Below, one piece after another: positions 24,951-37,823 of a DNA stretch of 64,000 nucleotides. A program made the translations under genes and the position numbers. How positions within the stretch are numbered: the stretch's first letter is position 1; every line of letters begins with the position of its first letter. The DNA comes from Camelus ferus (taxonomy: Eukaryota): NCBI RefSeq assembly GCF_009834535.1, contig NC_045707.1:19592001-19656000 (forward strand), read 5' to 3'. Below the pieces are notes generated by a model. That model did not search any database. It was not told the origin of the DNA and saw only the letters and a program-made list of their open reading frames with translations.

Positions 24951-27080
24951 TTTTTTTTTTTATATAAGTATAGTTGATTTACAATGTTGTATTATTTTCT
25001 GGTGTACACCAGAGTGATTCAGTTATACATCTATATACACATTCTTTTTCATATTCTTTTCCATTATGATTTATTACAGGATATTGAATATAGTTCCTTG
25101 TTCTATGCAGTAGGATCTTGTGCTTATGTATTTTGTACATAGTAGTTTATATCTACTAATCCCAAACTCCTAATTTATCCCTTCCCCCTCCCTTTCCCCT
25201 TTGGTAGCTATAAGTTTTTTTTCAATGTTTGTGAGTCTGTATCTGTTTTGTAAATGAGTTCATTTGTGTCATTTTTTAAGATTCCTAAGTGATAGCAAAT
25301 GGTATTTTTCTTTCTCTTTCTGGCTTACTTCATTTAGTATGACAATCTCCAGGTCCATCCATGTTGCAGTAAATGGTATTATTTCATTCTTCTTTATGGC
25401 TGAGTAGTATTCCATTGTGTATATACACCACATCTTCTTCATCCATTCATCTAAATGGCAATGACATTTAGGCTGCTTCCACATCTTGGCTATTGTAAAT
25501 AGTGCTGCTATGAACATTGGGGTGCATGGATCTTTTCAAATTAGAGTTTNNNNNNNNNNNNNNNNNNNNNNNNNNNNNNNNNNNNNNNNNNNNNNNNNNN
25601 NNNNNNNNNNNNNNNNNNNNNNNNNNNNNNNNNNNNNNNNNNNNNNNNNNNNNNNNNNNNNNNNNNNNNNNNNNNNNNNNNNNNNNNNNNNNNNNNNNNN
25701 NNNNNNNNNNNNNNNNNNNNNNNNNNNNNTTCTGATCAGTGTGAGGTGGTATCTCAATGAAGTTTTAATTTTCATTTCTGTAATAGTGATGTTCAGCATT
25801 TTTCACATGCCTGTATGTCTTCTCTGGAGAAAAGTCTGTTTAGGTCTTCTGCCCATTTTTTGATTGGGTTGTTTGTTTTTTTATTGAGTTTTATGAGCTG
25901 CCTGTATATTTTGGATATTAACCCCTAATCAGTCACATCCTTTGCAAATATTTTCTCCCATTATGTAGGTTGTCTTTTTGTTTTGTTGATGGTTCCTTCG
26001 CTGTGCAAAAGCTTTCGAGTTTGATTAGGTTCCACTTGTTTATCTTTGTATTTCTTTTGTCTTGGGAGACTGATGTAAGAAAATGTTGCTCCGATTTATG
26101 TCAGAGAATGTTTTGTCTATGTTCTCTTCTAGGAGTTTTATGATGTCATGTCTTATATTTAAGTCATTAAACCATTTGAGGGTTTTTTTGTATATGGTGT
26201 AAGGGAGTGTTCTAATTTCATTGATTTATATGTGGCTGTCCAGCTTTCCCAACACCACTTATTTAAGAAACTGACTATTCCCCATTGTCTATTCTTGCCT
26301 CCTCTGTCGTAGATTAATAGATTGTAGGTGTGTGAGTTTATTTCTGAGCTCTCTGTTTTGCTGCATTGATCCATACGTCTGTTTTTGTGCCAGTACCATG
26401 TTGTTTCAATTACTGTAGCTCTGTAGTATTGTCTGAAATCTGGGAGGGTTATGCCTCCAGCTTTGTTCTTTTTCCTCAGGATTGTTTTGACAACTCTGGG
26501 TCTTTTATGGTTCCATATCAATTTTAGGATTATCTCTTCTAGTTTTGTGGAAAACGTTACTAGTAATTTGATAGGGATCACATTAAATCTGTGGATTGCC
26601 TTGAGTAGTATGGCCATTTTAACAATTTTAATTCTTCTAATCCAAGACCATGGGATATCTTTCCATTTCTTTGAATCATCTTTAACTTCCTTACTCAATG
26701 TTTTATAGTTCTCAGCATATAAGTCTTTCACCTCCTTGGTGAGGTTTATTCCTAAGTATTTCTTTTGATACAATTTTAAAAGGGATTTTTTTTTTCTTTC
26801 CCTTTCTGATATTTCATTGTCAGTGTAAAGAAATGCAACACATTTCTGTATGTTAATCTTGTATCCTGCTAACTTGCTGAATTCGTATATCAGTTCTAGT
26901 AGTTTTTATGTGGAGTCTTATAGGGTTTTCTATATATAGTATCATGTGATCTGCATATAATGAGAATTTTACCTTTTCTCTTCCAGTTTAGATCCCTTTT
27001 ATTTCCTTTTCTTGTTTGATTGCTGTGACTAGGACTCTCCACACTATGTTCAATACAAGTGGTGAGAATGGGCCATTTGT
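24951..27080 (-). mobile_element. 5'-truncated LINE-1 (ORF2 3' part and 3' UTR, ~2.1 kb, with an N run)
   Basis: PolyT at ~24951. ORF 26159-26773 ([14 protein letters not shown]...WKDIPWSWI) and ORF 25269-25517 (MFIAALFTIAK.WKQPKC) are L1 ORF2 peptides, with frameshifts. Confidence 0.95.
25550..25729. other. N run (180 bp); others at 36354-36513, 44337-44537, 61268-61400 and 62451-62600
   Basis: Read directly; all five lie inside interspersed repeats. Confidence 0.97.
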
Positions 27081-27774
27081 CTCAGTGCTTCTGAAATGGC
27101 CTTTGTTTTTGTTTGTTTGTTTGTTTGTTTTATTTGTCCTGTCAAAATACTATATTTCACTTGAAGGTAAAGCTTCTCTCTTCTAATTTTTTTTAACATT
27201 TTTAATTGAGTAACAGTCATTTTACAATCTTGTGTCTAATTCCAGTGTACAGCACAATTTTTTGAAATGGTCTTTTTGAAACAGCTTTTATGTACTTTGT
27301 AACTGGCATTTCAAAGCCAAAATAAACTTACGAAGTATTTTAAAAAATAGCAATAATATAATAAAAATATACCCCAAATGCACAGATGATATAATTAAAA
27401 CAGGATACAGTTAAAACTGTAATTATAACTGTACCTGATATGTTAAAAATGTAGAAGAATGTTTTAAGTAAAAACATTAAAATTATTTAAAACATTTAAA
27501 TCAAACTTATAGAGATGGAAACTGCACCATCTGAGAAAAAAAATAGATTGAATAGTTTCAATATCAGATATTGCAAAGGAAACATTTTGTTAACTGGAAG
27601 AAACACCAGTAGAAGTTCTCTATGCAAAACATACAAAGAAATAGAAACCTGAAAAAATTTTAACAGAGCATCAGGAAACTGTGAGATAAATTCAAGATGC
27701 CTGATGTATTATGGAATTAAAGTCTCCTTTAAAAAGGAGAAAGGACAGAAAAAGTATTTGAAGAGATGAAAAGG

Positions 27775-29100
27775 TGATGCCAGCAACATGGCGGAATGAA
27801 ATGCTACCTTTGTCTCTCCCCTTCAATCTACACCCAGTAAAACATCCATAATGCAACAAAGGGGCCTCTGCCCAACACACCAGGACGCCAAGAGATTTCC
27901 ACACATATGCTCATCTAAAGGTGGGTGGCCTAAAACACAAAGAGGAGGTAGGACCAAGGAACAGCAGAGGCAGCGCCTGCAATCCTAGCCCTTCTACAGC
28001 AGCAGCTGAGCCCGCAGCCCCAGAGAACTCAGAAGCAGCAGGGGAGGCGGCACACACAACTCCAGCCTCCTGGCTGCAGCGGCACCGATGGCCACAGAAA
28101 ACCGGGCAGCAGCGGCAGCGGGGCCAGAGAACTCGTCTCTGCGGTGCTGAGGGCCCACAACTCCAGCTCCCTGCCCCAGCACCTGCAGCAGTGGGGCCTA
28201 TGAACCTTCCAACACCTGACATTGTGTAGGCGCCCTCAGGACCTCGGCTCCGGCGCGCACACTTCTCCCCCTGCAGTGGCAGAGCCCGCAGCTCAGGATC
28301 CTGGACCCAGCGAAGGAGCCCACCATCCTGGAGCACCATGCAGTGATGCCAGTGACACTCGCAGAAGCCAGGCGCCAACAACTCAGAGGCATAAGGAGCC
28401 ACACCTCTGACAGAGGCAGCTGAGGGTGGAAACTGCCACCTCTCAGACATAACCAGAGGCAGTGCTGGTAAGAGAAACCAAAAACTTGTGCTATAGCACC
28501 TCCGCCTGGTAAACAAAAGAAAGGCATCGAATTTCTAACCTGTGCCTACTTCAAATACACCTGCGGAAGAACAATTCATCAAGCTCCATGAAGAAACACA
28601 ATACCTTTGTACTACAAACAGAAAATGACAATTTCCCAGAAACCAATCTGAAAGTTGTAGAGTATTGTGATTTAATGGATAGCAAATTCAAAATTGCTTG
28701 TCATGAAGAAACTCAACAATCTACAAGAAAACACAGAAATACAGTTCAGTCAGCTCAGGAATAAAATTAATGAACAGAAGGAATACTCTAACAAAGAGAT
28801 TGAAACTATAAAGAAGAACCAGACAAATTCTGGAGCTGAAGAACTCAATAAGTGAGATGAAGAATGCATCAGAAAACACTGGAAATAGAGTAGACCACAT
28901 GGAAGAGAGAATTAGTGAGCATGAAGATAGAAATCTAGAAATGATACAAGTAAAAGAGGAAATAGAAATAAGTTATTTTTAATGAGGAAATTATATGAGA
29001 GCTACCCAACTTGTTTAGGAAGGGCAACATCAGGGTGATGGGTAGCCCAGGAGGAGAGGAGAGGGAGAAAGGAAAAGAGAATAATTGAACAATAAACAAT
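27775..29100 (+). mobile_element. L1 5' UTR (GC/CpG-rich) and degenerate ORF1
   Basis: Starts near caacatggcggaatga. GC-rich UTR 27950-28500, followed by an ORF1 coiled-coil remnant (...RNKINEQKEY..KEIETIKKNQ...ELKNS...DHMEERISE.EDRNLE). Confidence 0.8.
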
Positions 29101-32100
29101 TGTAACTTGTATAACTGGTCATGATCATAATCTTAGTCATACAGCCTTACCAGCTGTAAGGGAGCCTGGGTAGTATTTTATCTGGACACTTTGCACCTGG
29201 TAGAAAATTGGGCTTCAATTTCCATGGATCAGGGAAGAAAAACACCAGACAGGAAATGACTAGTCTCTGCCACAGCCCATCAGGATGTTCTTCAAAAATG
29301 TACTCTAGATTATTCCCCAAATGGGTTACCAAAATGAGACCAGGGTAGAGCTCAACGATGAACTGTGTGTTCCATTTTAAAAGGCGATTTTCTATGCTTG
29401 CATATTAGCACAAACTTATGTGATCATTAAAAACTAGCACTGACATCATTTGAATAAATAAGAGTTTTTGAAAAATTAAGTCATTTCTTTCTTGTATCTC
29501 AGATTTGCTATTATATGCTCTCTAACATTTCCAACACAGAATTTTTCAATTAAAAGCTCTGCAGAAATAGATGATATGTCTTTGAATAAAAAAACCTTAA
29601 GCATAAAAATGTACCCTAAATGTAGAGAGATAGCGTCTTTCTCCCCAGCACAGCCCTCTGCCAGTGGACATTTTCAATCACTCTCTGCCAACAGTGGGAT
29701 GACAGAGAGATGTGACATGATATGTGCAGTCCGTGTGAGGAAGCTCACTGGCAGAGCAGTGAGCGGACCGAGGAAAGGGACAGCAGAGACACCTGCTCCA
29801 GGAGCAGCAGGAGGAACACACCTCTGCTCCGTCATGTGACACCAGGATCACCATGAGCGGCGGCATGAGCGAGAATGTCCAGAAATAACAGCAGAGATAG
29901 TCCAAGGAAAAGCTTTATTCAACTTCACCAGACCCAAGCAAGAAACATCCTGGAACCATGCAATTTTTCATCCAGTACTTGGATGTAAAACCTCTACATT
30001 GCTTCAAATACCAAAAGAAGTTCCTTTGTCTATCTGAAAAATCATAAGTAAAAGCAAAGAGGGTGAAAATACAGGTCAGGTAGCAACGGAACATCAAGTT
30101 TGGAATTTAAATGTAGGTAAGCCTCTTAAATATGGAGACAGCTCTCTGGGGGTGTGGAGGAAGAAACAGGGTCTTTGTATTCAGATGAACTTTTGTTCGA
30201 ACCTGCATCACCACAGCGGGGCATTCTGACCATTCATTTTGCTGCTCCTTAGTTTTCCCATCTATAACATGAAGATAGTTTTGTTTTTTTCACATTATCT
30301 GAGATTTATGTCAAAGATAAATGATATATATAATATATAAAAGGCCAAACCGACTGTCTAGGAGAAATATAAAAATTCCATAAAGAAATCAAAAGGGAAT
30401 TCAGATGACATCAGACCACCCGCAGTGTCTCTGAGGACACTGCTCCCATCGCCACATGTGTTTTTACATTGTTGATTAAACTGCCGCCAATTCATTACTG
30501 GGTCACCAAGGACTATTCTGTTGTTCGCTCAGATGTTCCCTCTGCACTGGTAACTGACTAAACGTATATAAGAAATGCTGCTATTACAGAATTTGCAGGG
30601 AAGCCTGCCTCCCTGCCCAGAAAGATCAGCTAAGCCCCTCCGACTAAACTCCAGAGAAATACTCCTTACCTCTGTGCCATCTTTTCTGCCTTTGAACCAG
30701 CAGGAAAACTAGGGACTCTAGTGTCAGATGTCATTTTAGACTTTAGAGAACAGAGGAGACTGAGGCAGGGCTCACTGTATCGGGAGCTGTGAAAATCTAG
30801 GAGCTTCTGTCGATGGTCAGACTTCCCTGTGAGGGTGTGTGTGTGTGTGTGTGGTCAGCGTTAAAACATGGATTTCGGTTCATTACACTAATTAGGCAGA
30901 AAGGTCATCAACACTCATTTCTGACATGTTGTTATTCTGAAGGAACATGAAATTCAAATTTTCCTGCCAGGGTGACTTTAGCCTTTGAAAAGGACCAGTC
31001 ATAACCATCAGTGAAGGAGGCTGTTGCTGCTTAAGAGGCAGAAGAATAAAAGGTGATGGAAAGGACACCTTACCCAATAATATGCATTAGTGTCACAGAA
31101 ATCAGACACTATTAAGTGACCTCACAGGGAATCTCATCTTATTACTCATCTGTTATTTAAGTTCTTTTTGCCACTTTTTGGTGGAGAGCTGGGGGTTGGC
31201 GAGGAGGGCACAGATTCACTTCTTGAATCTCTGTTCCAAATGAAGACTGAATGAGGCTGTTTCAAATATAAGCAAGTTCAAAGTGTCTCAGATGTATTTT
31301 AGCTCACTAAACAGGGAGCTGACGAAGGAAGAAGCGGAGTCTCAGCCACTGTTCTAGCTCCCACCGTGTCCGTGAGAGCAGGTGGCTTTGCACAGGTTGT
31401 CGTCAGCCCCTGAGTGTTAATGTGAATGAAAACACTAATTATGGGAGGAAAGTGGTAAAATTTATCATTTATTTAAGGAAATTGTTACCAACTTTAATTG
31501 ATCCAAACTAAAAATAAATATCTCTGAGTCTGCCAGGGAAGTTTTCCAATACAACATAGAATATTGGTACGACTGGGAGTAAACACCAAAACGAAGCAGT
31601 CTCACATACAAAGGACCTCTTATCACAGGCTTAACTGCAGTGTCTGAGGTAGTGTTTAACATAACAAGCTTCATGAATTAAAACACAATGTTCCTGAAGA
31701 TTAACATATACTAAGCATTTTAAAACATCAAATTAATGATCATTCAAATGTTAATGCAACTGAGGTCATCAGTCTTTCCTACCTATGTAGAAGAATAAGA
31801 ATTTTGATAGGAGAAGTTTTAGATCCTAGGAACTTTGAGGAGAAAGTGAGCTGGAGTTACTATGTCAATGGCCAGTGCCAGGATTTAAACTTTTCTACAA
31901 CAGAAGGAAGGGAGGGAGGGAAAAAGGAAAACTAGGAGTGCAAAAATTAACCAGACCTATCATTTAGTTTTCCTATCAGTCTTCCCTGGCTACTCTACGG
32001 CAAGATACTGTCTCTCCAGTAAACCATTTTCCCATGAGCTAAGGGAGGGGTTTCTCTGTTTCAGAATCATGTCTGTGAACCCTAAATAACACACCTCGCT

Positions 32101-33479
32101 AACTCAGCTTATGGTGATTGATAACGCTGACAATTTTAGTAGGAGGAAAAGAACCTAGGGAAGCTGGGTGAGCATAGGAAGATATGAACAGCTACTGATG
32201 TAACTCAGAGTGAGTGCCAGGGAACAAGCATGGGGCAGTTATCACCCCAGACCCAGAGCTGCACTTTCATTTTTATCTTGTGACATACTCACATCGCGGA
32301 GTATGCACTGAAATGAAATACTGTCTCCCACTGGTAGCCTCACGTCTCCTGGAGGGAGCAACTTGTCAATGGTTGGATCTCCAGTCTCTGAAACTATGCC
32401 CTATAAATAATAGATGCCTATTTAGTATTTCTTTGAATGAATAAATGTAGATTATCTGCACAATAGGAAAGAAGAGGAACCCCACATATTTTTTTATTCT
32501 CTACTCAGAACACACACAGTAGGTCAACTGTTTAAACACACAATTAGTTTTTCCTCTCATGTAGAAGTGTATAGTGTTTCCCACAAACCCTTGAGTTATG
32601 CCTAAATTTGCTCATTTACTAATCAAGCCTCCCTAAAAAAACACAAATACACATTATAGGTCAATATGTCCAATTATTATTAACCGCTGATAACCCCAGG
32701 GAGAACGCAGTCACCAGTTCTTCTTTTACAGGATGGAAACCTGAGAAACCTGAGAGTAGCTGCTTGGAATATGAATCTCAGTGAGGGTAAGTTCTGACAT
32801 TAAGGAGAGGGGAATTTTCTGAGCCTCTATTCAAAGGGGATAGATTCCTGAGAAAATGTAAATTAGAGTACAGGGAGGCTTGAAACTCGGGGGAGGGGGA
32901 AGATGCTGAAATGGACAGTGAAAAACGTCCATTAGAAAGGTAGGGGACTTTATAATTTGTTTACATAGATTGGCTCACGTGTGTCCCTTTGTGTCTGGAT
33001 GTTGCTTGTGCAAGTTACATATATCTAAACTCGGAGAACATAAGCAGCAGGCGGGGGAAGGAGCTGGTTGGTAAATTAGTGGAGAGAGGTGATTTGAGGA
33101 GGGGAGCGGCAGACATCATTCATGAAGAGGTCACGAAGCTACACCCTGAGATGGATTCTGAAGGCTGTGTGCTGTGAAAAGCACAGGGTTGATTAGGCTG
33201 GCAGAGAAAGCAGATACCTCAGATCATTCCCTCTGGGCTTCATCCATGACCCAAAGCACTACAATAGGACTAAATCTGCTTTATATTCAGGTTCTAAAAC
33301 AATTTCATTTTTATTGCTTCAGGTAACCCTCTGCCTATGCAGTTCCAAAACTAGCTTAGAAATAATTTCATTTGCCTGTATATAGGATGTCAAAGCAAAG
33401 ATGCAACTTTTTATCTCCCTATGCAGAGACAATTTTAAGTACAAAGAGCAGAACTAACACTTTTAAGGCAATGTGCTGC

Positions 33480-33750
33480 TGTTAAAATTCAGCATAACAA
33501 CATAAGATGATCTACATAAAATACTAATTGCATATGTGTCCAAACCCATAGTACATACAACACCAAGAGAGAACCACCATGCAAGCTAATGGACTGTGGG
33601 TGATTGTGATGTCAGAGTAGGTTCATCAGTTGTAACAAACATACCACTCTGGAGGGGGGGATGTTGATAACGAAGAAGGCTGTGCATGCATGGGACATCT
33701 CTTTGCCTTCCCCTCAATTCTGCTGTGAACATAAAATGGCTCTAAAAATA
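33480..33750 (+). mobile_element. L1MB-type 3' end
   Basis: catatgtgtccaaacccatag...gtaggttcatcagttgtaacaaacataccactctg...ctgtgaacataaaatggctctaaaaat. Confidence 0.7.
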
Positions 33751-34220
33751 TGTTTTAACTTAAGACACAAAAATTACTAATTAACAGAGACTTCTTGGTT
33801 TTGAAACCAAAGCATTTTGGTATTGGGGTGGAAAAGCAAAGAAACATGAGGATGGGAGGGAAACAACTTCAAAAATGGCATAATTTCCTCCAGGATAAGG
33901 AAAAATAAAGTCCGCATTACAAGGCAGTCCTGTTGAGAAAATGCATATCGGACATAAGACTTCTGTTTTTGTATTTGACATCTTTGTAAATGTGCTTTCT
34001 AGTCAGAGAATTACAGGTGTAAGATTCATAATAGTGATTGCCTATAAATGTCTCTTACTAAGATGTCAAAGGCACTGCTGTGTTAACAAACTGAGTTTAA
34101 TAAAAGAAGAGAGTGCACGAGAGTTGATTTGCTAGGATATTTCATTCAGGTTCCAAAACTAGGTTCTTATGACACTTCTTTCTTCAGGTGGAATCACCCC
34201 TGACTTGGCAAGAGGCAGTG

Positions 34221-35159
34221 ATGAGAAATCATACAGCAATAACAACATTCATCCTGCTGGGATTGACAGATGACCCAAAACTACAAGTTCTGCTTTTTCT
34301 ATTTTTGTTCCTCACCTACATGTTGAGTGTGGCTGGGAACCTCATCATTATCACCCTGACACTTTTGGATTCCCATCTTCAAACTCCCATGTATTTTCCC
34401 TCCGAAATTTCTCTTTCTTAGAAGTCTCATTCACCACGGTCTGTATTCCCAGATTCCTGTATACTCTGACAACTGGAGATAATACTGTTACCTATAATGC
34501 TTGTGCCACCCAATTCTTTTTTGTTGTCCTCTTTGGAGCAACCGAATTTTTTCTCCTGGCCGCCATGTCCTATGACCGCTACGTGGCCATCTGTGAGCCC
34601 CTGCACTACACGACCATCATGAACAACAGGGTCTGCACGGCACTCGTTCTCTGCTGTTGGTTTGCGGGCCTGTTGATCATCCTCCCGCCTCTGGGCGTGG
34701 GCTTCCAGCTGGAATTCTGCGACTTGAATGTGATTGATCATTTTGGCTGTGATGCATCTCCCATTTTACAGATAACCTGCTCAGACACTGTGCTGATAGA
34801 GAGAATCGTCTTGAGTTTGGCGGTGCTGACACTCATTATGACCTTAGTGTGTGTGGTCCTCTCCTACACGTACATCATCAGGACCATTCTAAGATTCCCT
34901 TCTGCCCAACAAAGGAAGAAAGGCCTTTTCCACCTGCTCCTCCCACATGACTGTGGTTTCCATCACCTACGGCAGCTGCATCTTCATCTACATCAAACCT
35001 TCCGCAAAGGAAGGAGTGGCCATCAACAAAGTGGTGTCTGTGCTCACCACTTCAGTTGCCCCTTTGCTGAATCCATTCATTTATACCCTTCGAAACAAAC
35101 AAGTGAAAGAAGCCTTCAAAGACACAGTAAAACGGATTGTGTTTCTCACAAAGAAGTAA
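34221..35159 (+). pseudogene. OR6C2-like olfactory receptor disrupted by two single-base indels (recent pseudogene or assembly error)
   Basis: 939 bp from ATG to stop (net length intact). A -1 indel in tattttccc (~34394-34400) and a +1 indel in aagaaagg (~34919-34921). No internal stop in the OR frame, and all motifs ([27 protein letters not shown]) are retained. Confidence 0.85.
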
Positions 35160-35929
35160 GAGACTATTACTGTTTTTTGAGACTGACTTAAATTTAAACC
35201 TGAATAACCCAGGAGCAACATTCACGAATTTGCTAAATAAATAGTTTCTTCCTATTCTGTAGATTAATCAAGTGAATCCTCTCCCAGGAATGTTCTTTTA
35301 TAACCCAAATGCCAAAATCAAGCTCCTTCTTTCCAAGTTTATTTTATTCAAAATGTTTTTTTCCATTAATGCATGTTCCAGAGACTAGATTCCCAAAATA
35401 CTCAATGTCATAAAAGGGAAATATAGATACATGAAGCTGTATGTCTGGCCATCTGGCCTTCTCGTGATGTGAACTATAAATGCCCAGAGAGCATTTCTCA
35501 CTCGTTTGGAAGACCCCAGTTGAACAAGAGTAATTAAAAACTCTTTACCAAAGCTTAAAACATGATCTTAAAGAAAAGTTTGCACTCCAGAGCTCTCTTT
35601 GTCATTTTAAAATGTCCATTTTTTAGGAATGACTAAAAGGTGTTAATGGGGAAATTTCAAAATCAGTGAAGATAATTATATTCTTTCTTTTAAACCAATT
35701 TATCTACAAAAATCTTTCTACTGGCCTGTCTGGAAATGATGTGGATGTACCGCATCTTGAAATATCTGATTACAAAGAGAAAGAACAAGACGTCTGAGTG
35801 CTAGAGTCATCTACTGACATGGCCCCTGACGGTGCTTAGACACAGACCCCAGGAGAACAAGCCCTGACTTTAGGAGTAGGGCGAGTAAATCTTACCAGAA
35901 ACATAAACATGAAAGGCAAAAAAAAAATT

Positions 35930-37030
35930 TTAAGAAGACCATATAGGAGAACAGTTTCACAGCCTTGGGTTAGGGAAGAATTTCTTAAATTAGATACAAC
36001 AAACAATTGATAAATTCGACTGCATTAAGATTAAGAATCTGTTCCCCCCAAAAACACCATTAATAGAGTCAATAGTAGAAGATATTTGCAACTCATATAA
36101 CCCAAAAAGTAATTAAGTTCAGAATATATAAGGAATTCCAATAAATCAATAGGAAAAAGACAGATAACCCAATGAAAAAGAAATGGGCAAGAGATCAAAA
36201 TAGGAACTTCAAAAAAGAGAAATATAAATGGCTAATATAGGTATAGAAAATTCTTCACCTATACTAGTAACTACAGAAAAGCAAATTAAGATCACATGAG
36301 TTCCCTAATTCAAAAAGATACATGTACCCCAATGTTCATAGGAGCACTGTTTANNNNNNNNNNNNNNNNNNNNNNNNNNNNNNNNNNNNNNNNNNNNNNN
36401 NNNNNNNNNNNNNNNNNNNNNNNNNNNNNNNNNNNNNNNNNNNNNNNNNNNNNNNNNNNNNNNNNNNNNNNNNNNNNNNNNNNNNNNNNNNNNNNNNNNN
36501 NNNNNNNNNNNNNAAAGTGAAGTAAAACAAAGATGATGATATCACTTGTATGTGGAATCTAAAAAATGATACAAATGAACTTATTTGCAAAAGAGAAACA
36601 GACTCACAGACATAGACATACCAGAGGTGGTGATACTGGAAGTAACTTAACCACTTTGAAATCAGTTTGGCATCACGAGTGAAGCTGAGGTTATACATAG
36701 CAATAACTCAGCAATTCCATTCTTGGATATATTTCACAGAGAAAATTTCAGACATGTTTCAGTATAGCTGTACATTTCATAATTTCCCCAAAATGAAAAA
36801 TAAATTCCTGTCAACTGAATAAATGAATAAATTGTCACACAGTGGAACACTACAATGAAAATGAATGACTCACAGAAACAACACAAATGAATACTAAGCA
36901 TAAAATTGAACAAAAGAAGCAAGACAGGAAAGAATACATACAATGCAATTCCAATTTTATAAAGTTTGAAAACAGGTAGCACTAAATTAAATTGTTTAAG
37001 GATCTATACTTAAGTGATAAAATTGTAAGT
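35930..37030 (+). mobile_element. Cluster of L1 fragments (old ORF2/3' UTR with a younger L1 3' piece and an N run)
   Basis: SLIQKDTCTPMFIGALF peptide at 36296-36353, flanked by L1M ORF2 and 3' UTR words. Confidence 0.75.
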
Positions 37031-37737
37031 GTAAGCAATTTAATTTGTTGAAGTTTTCTCATATGCAAATGCAGATAAAAATAAGAACAGGCTCCAAAAA
37101 TTTGTGATGATTAAATAAATTAATGCATGTAACAGACTCAGTCTCTGCTTTAAAAAAATGGAAATCACTTAATAAGCAAAGTTACTCATATGGTTCTCCT
37201 TGGTCTTACTGTTAATGTTCCTGGTGTTAATACTGCTATTGATTTTTTATCTTTTGAAACTTCTGTGAACACAAACCTCTATCCAAAACAAAGTTTTTAG
37301 CCACATACGTTTTCTCTTTTTTTGAGTCTGATCTTCATACTTCATTCTTATAATATCAGGTGATGAACAAGAAGAAAAGAATGGACAGAAAATAAGATAA
37401 TATTGATTTATATTTTGGAGTGGGTGGTGAATGAATGACTTAATCATCATCTGAGAGATGGCTTGATTTCTGATGAATTTGCAAGTACTATAGGGGCCAC
37501 CCATCCTCCTACAAATGAAAGGACCCCTAATTATGTTGACTTTACAAGAATAATTTATGAAATATTTCCAGAATGTGGGGCTCTTCAGTGACCCTCAAAT
37601 TGCGTCACCAGTGCCGTAGCATATTTCAATGATAACTAAGTGATAAATTTTCTAACCATCCTTAGCGGTCTCACCCCATTGCTCTCAGCCTCTCTCTCAG
37701 ACTCTTAGGCCATAGCTGAGTCTCTCATTGCACTTTT

Positions 37738-37823
37738 TTTGGGTCTTTTTTGCCAGCTTTATTGAAATATAGTTGACATATAACACTGTGTAACTTTAAG
37801 ATGTACAAGGTGATGATTTGATA
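37738..37823 (-). mobile_element. Very short L1 3' insertion with 16-bp TSD
   Basis: TSD ctctcattgcactttt at 37722-37737 and 37824-37839 flanks polyT + ctttattgaaatatagttgacatataacactgtg. Confidence 0.85.

Noticed and set aside
25486-25863. ORFs containing X runs (also near 36300-36700, 44270-44620, 61223 and 62400-62640)
   Set aside because: Artefacts of translating through N runs inside repeats.
27911-28516. 201-aa minus-strand ORF and overlapping 60-110 aa ORFs
   Set aside because: They lie in a GC-rich L1 5' UTR where stop codons are rare; no recognisable domain.
31440-31680. Protein-looking frames (SAREVFQYNIEYWY...; RGPLYVRLLRFGVY...) considered as an endogenous viral or transposase relic
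   Set aside because: Interrupted by stops, short, and no motif I can assign; TBLASTX would be needed.
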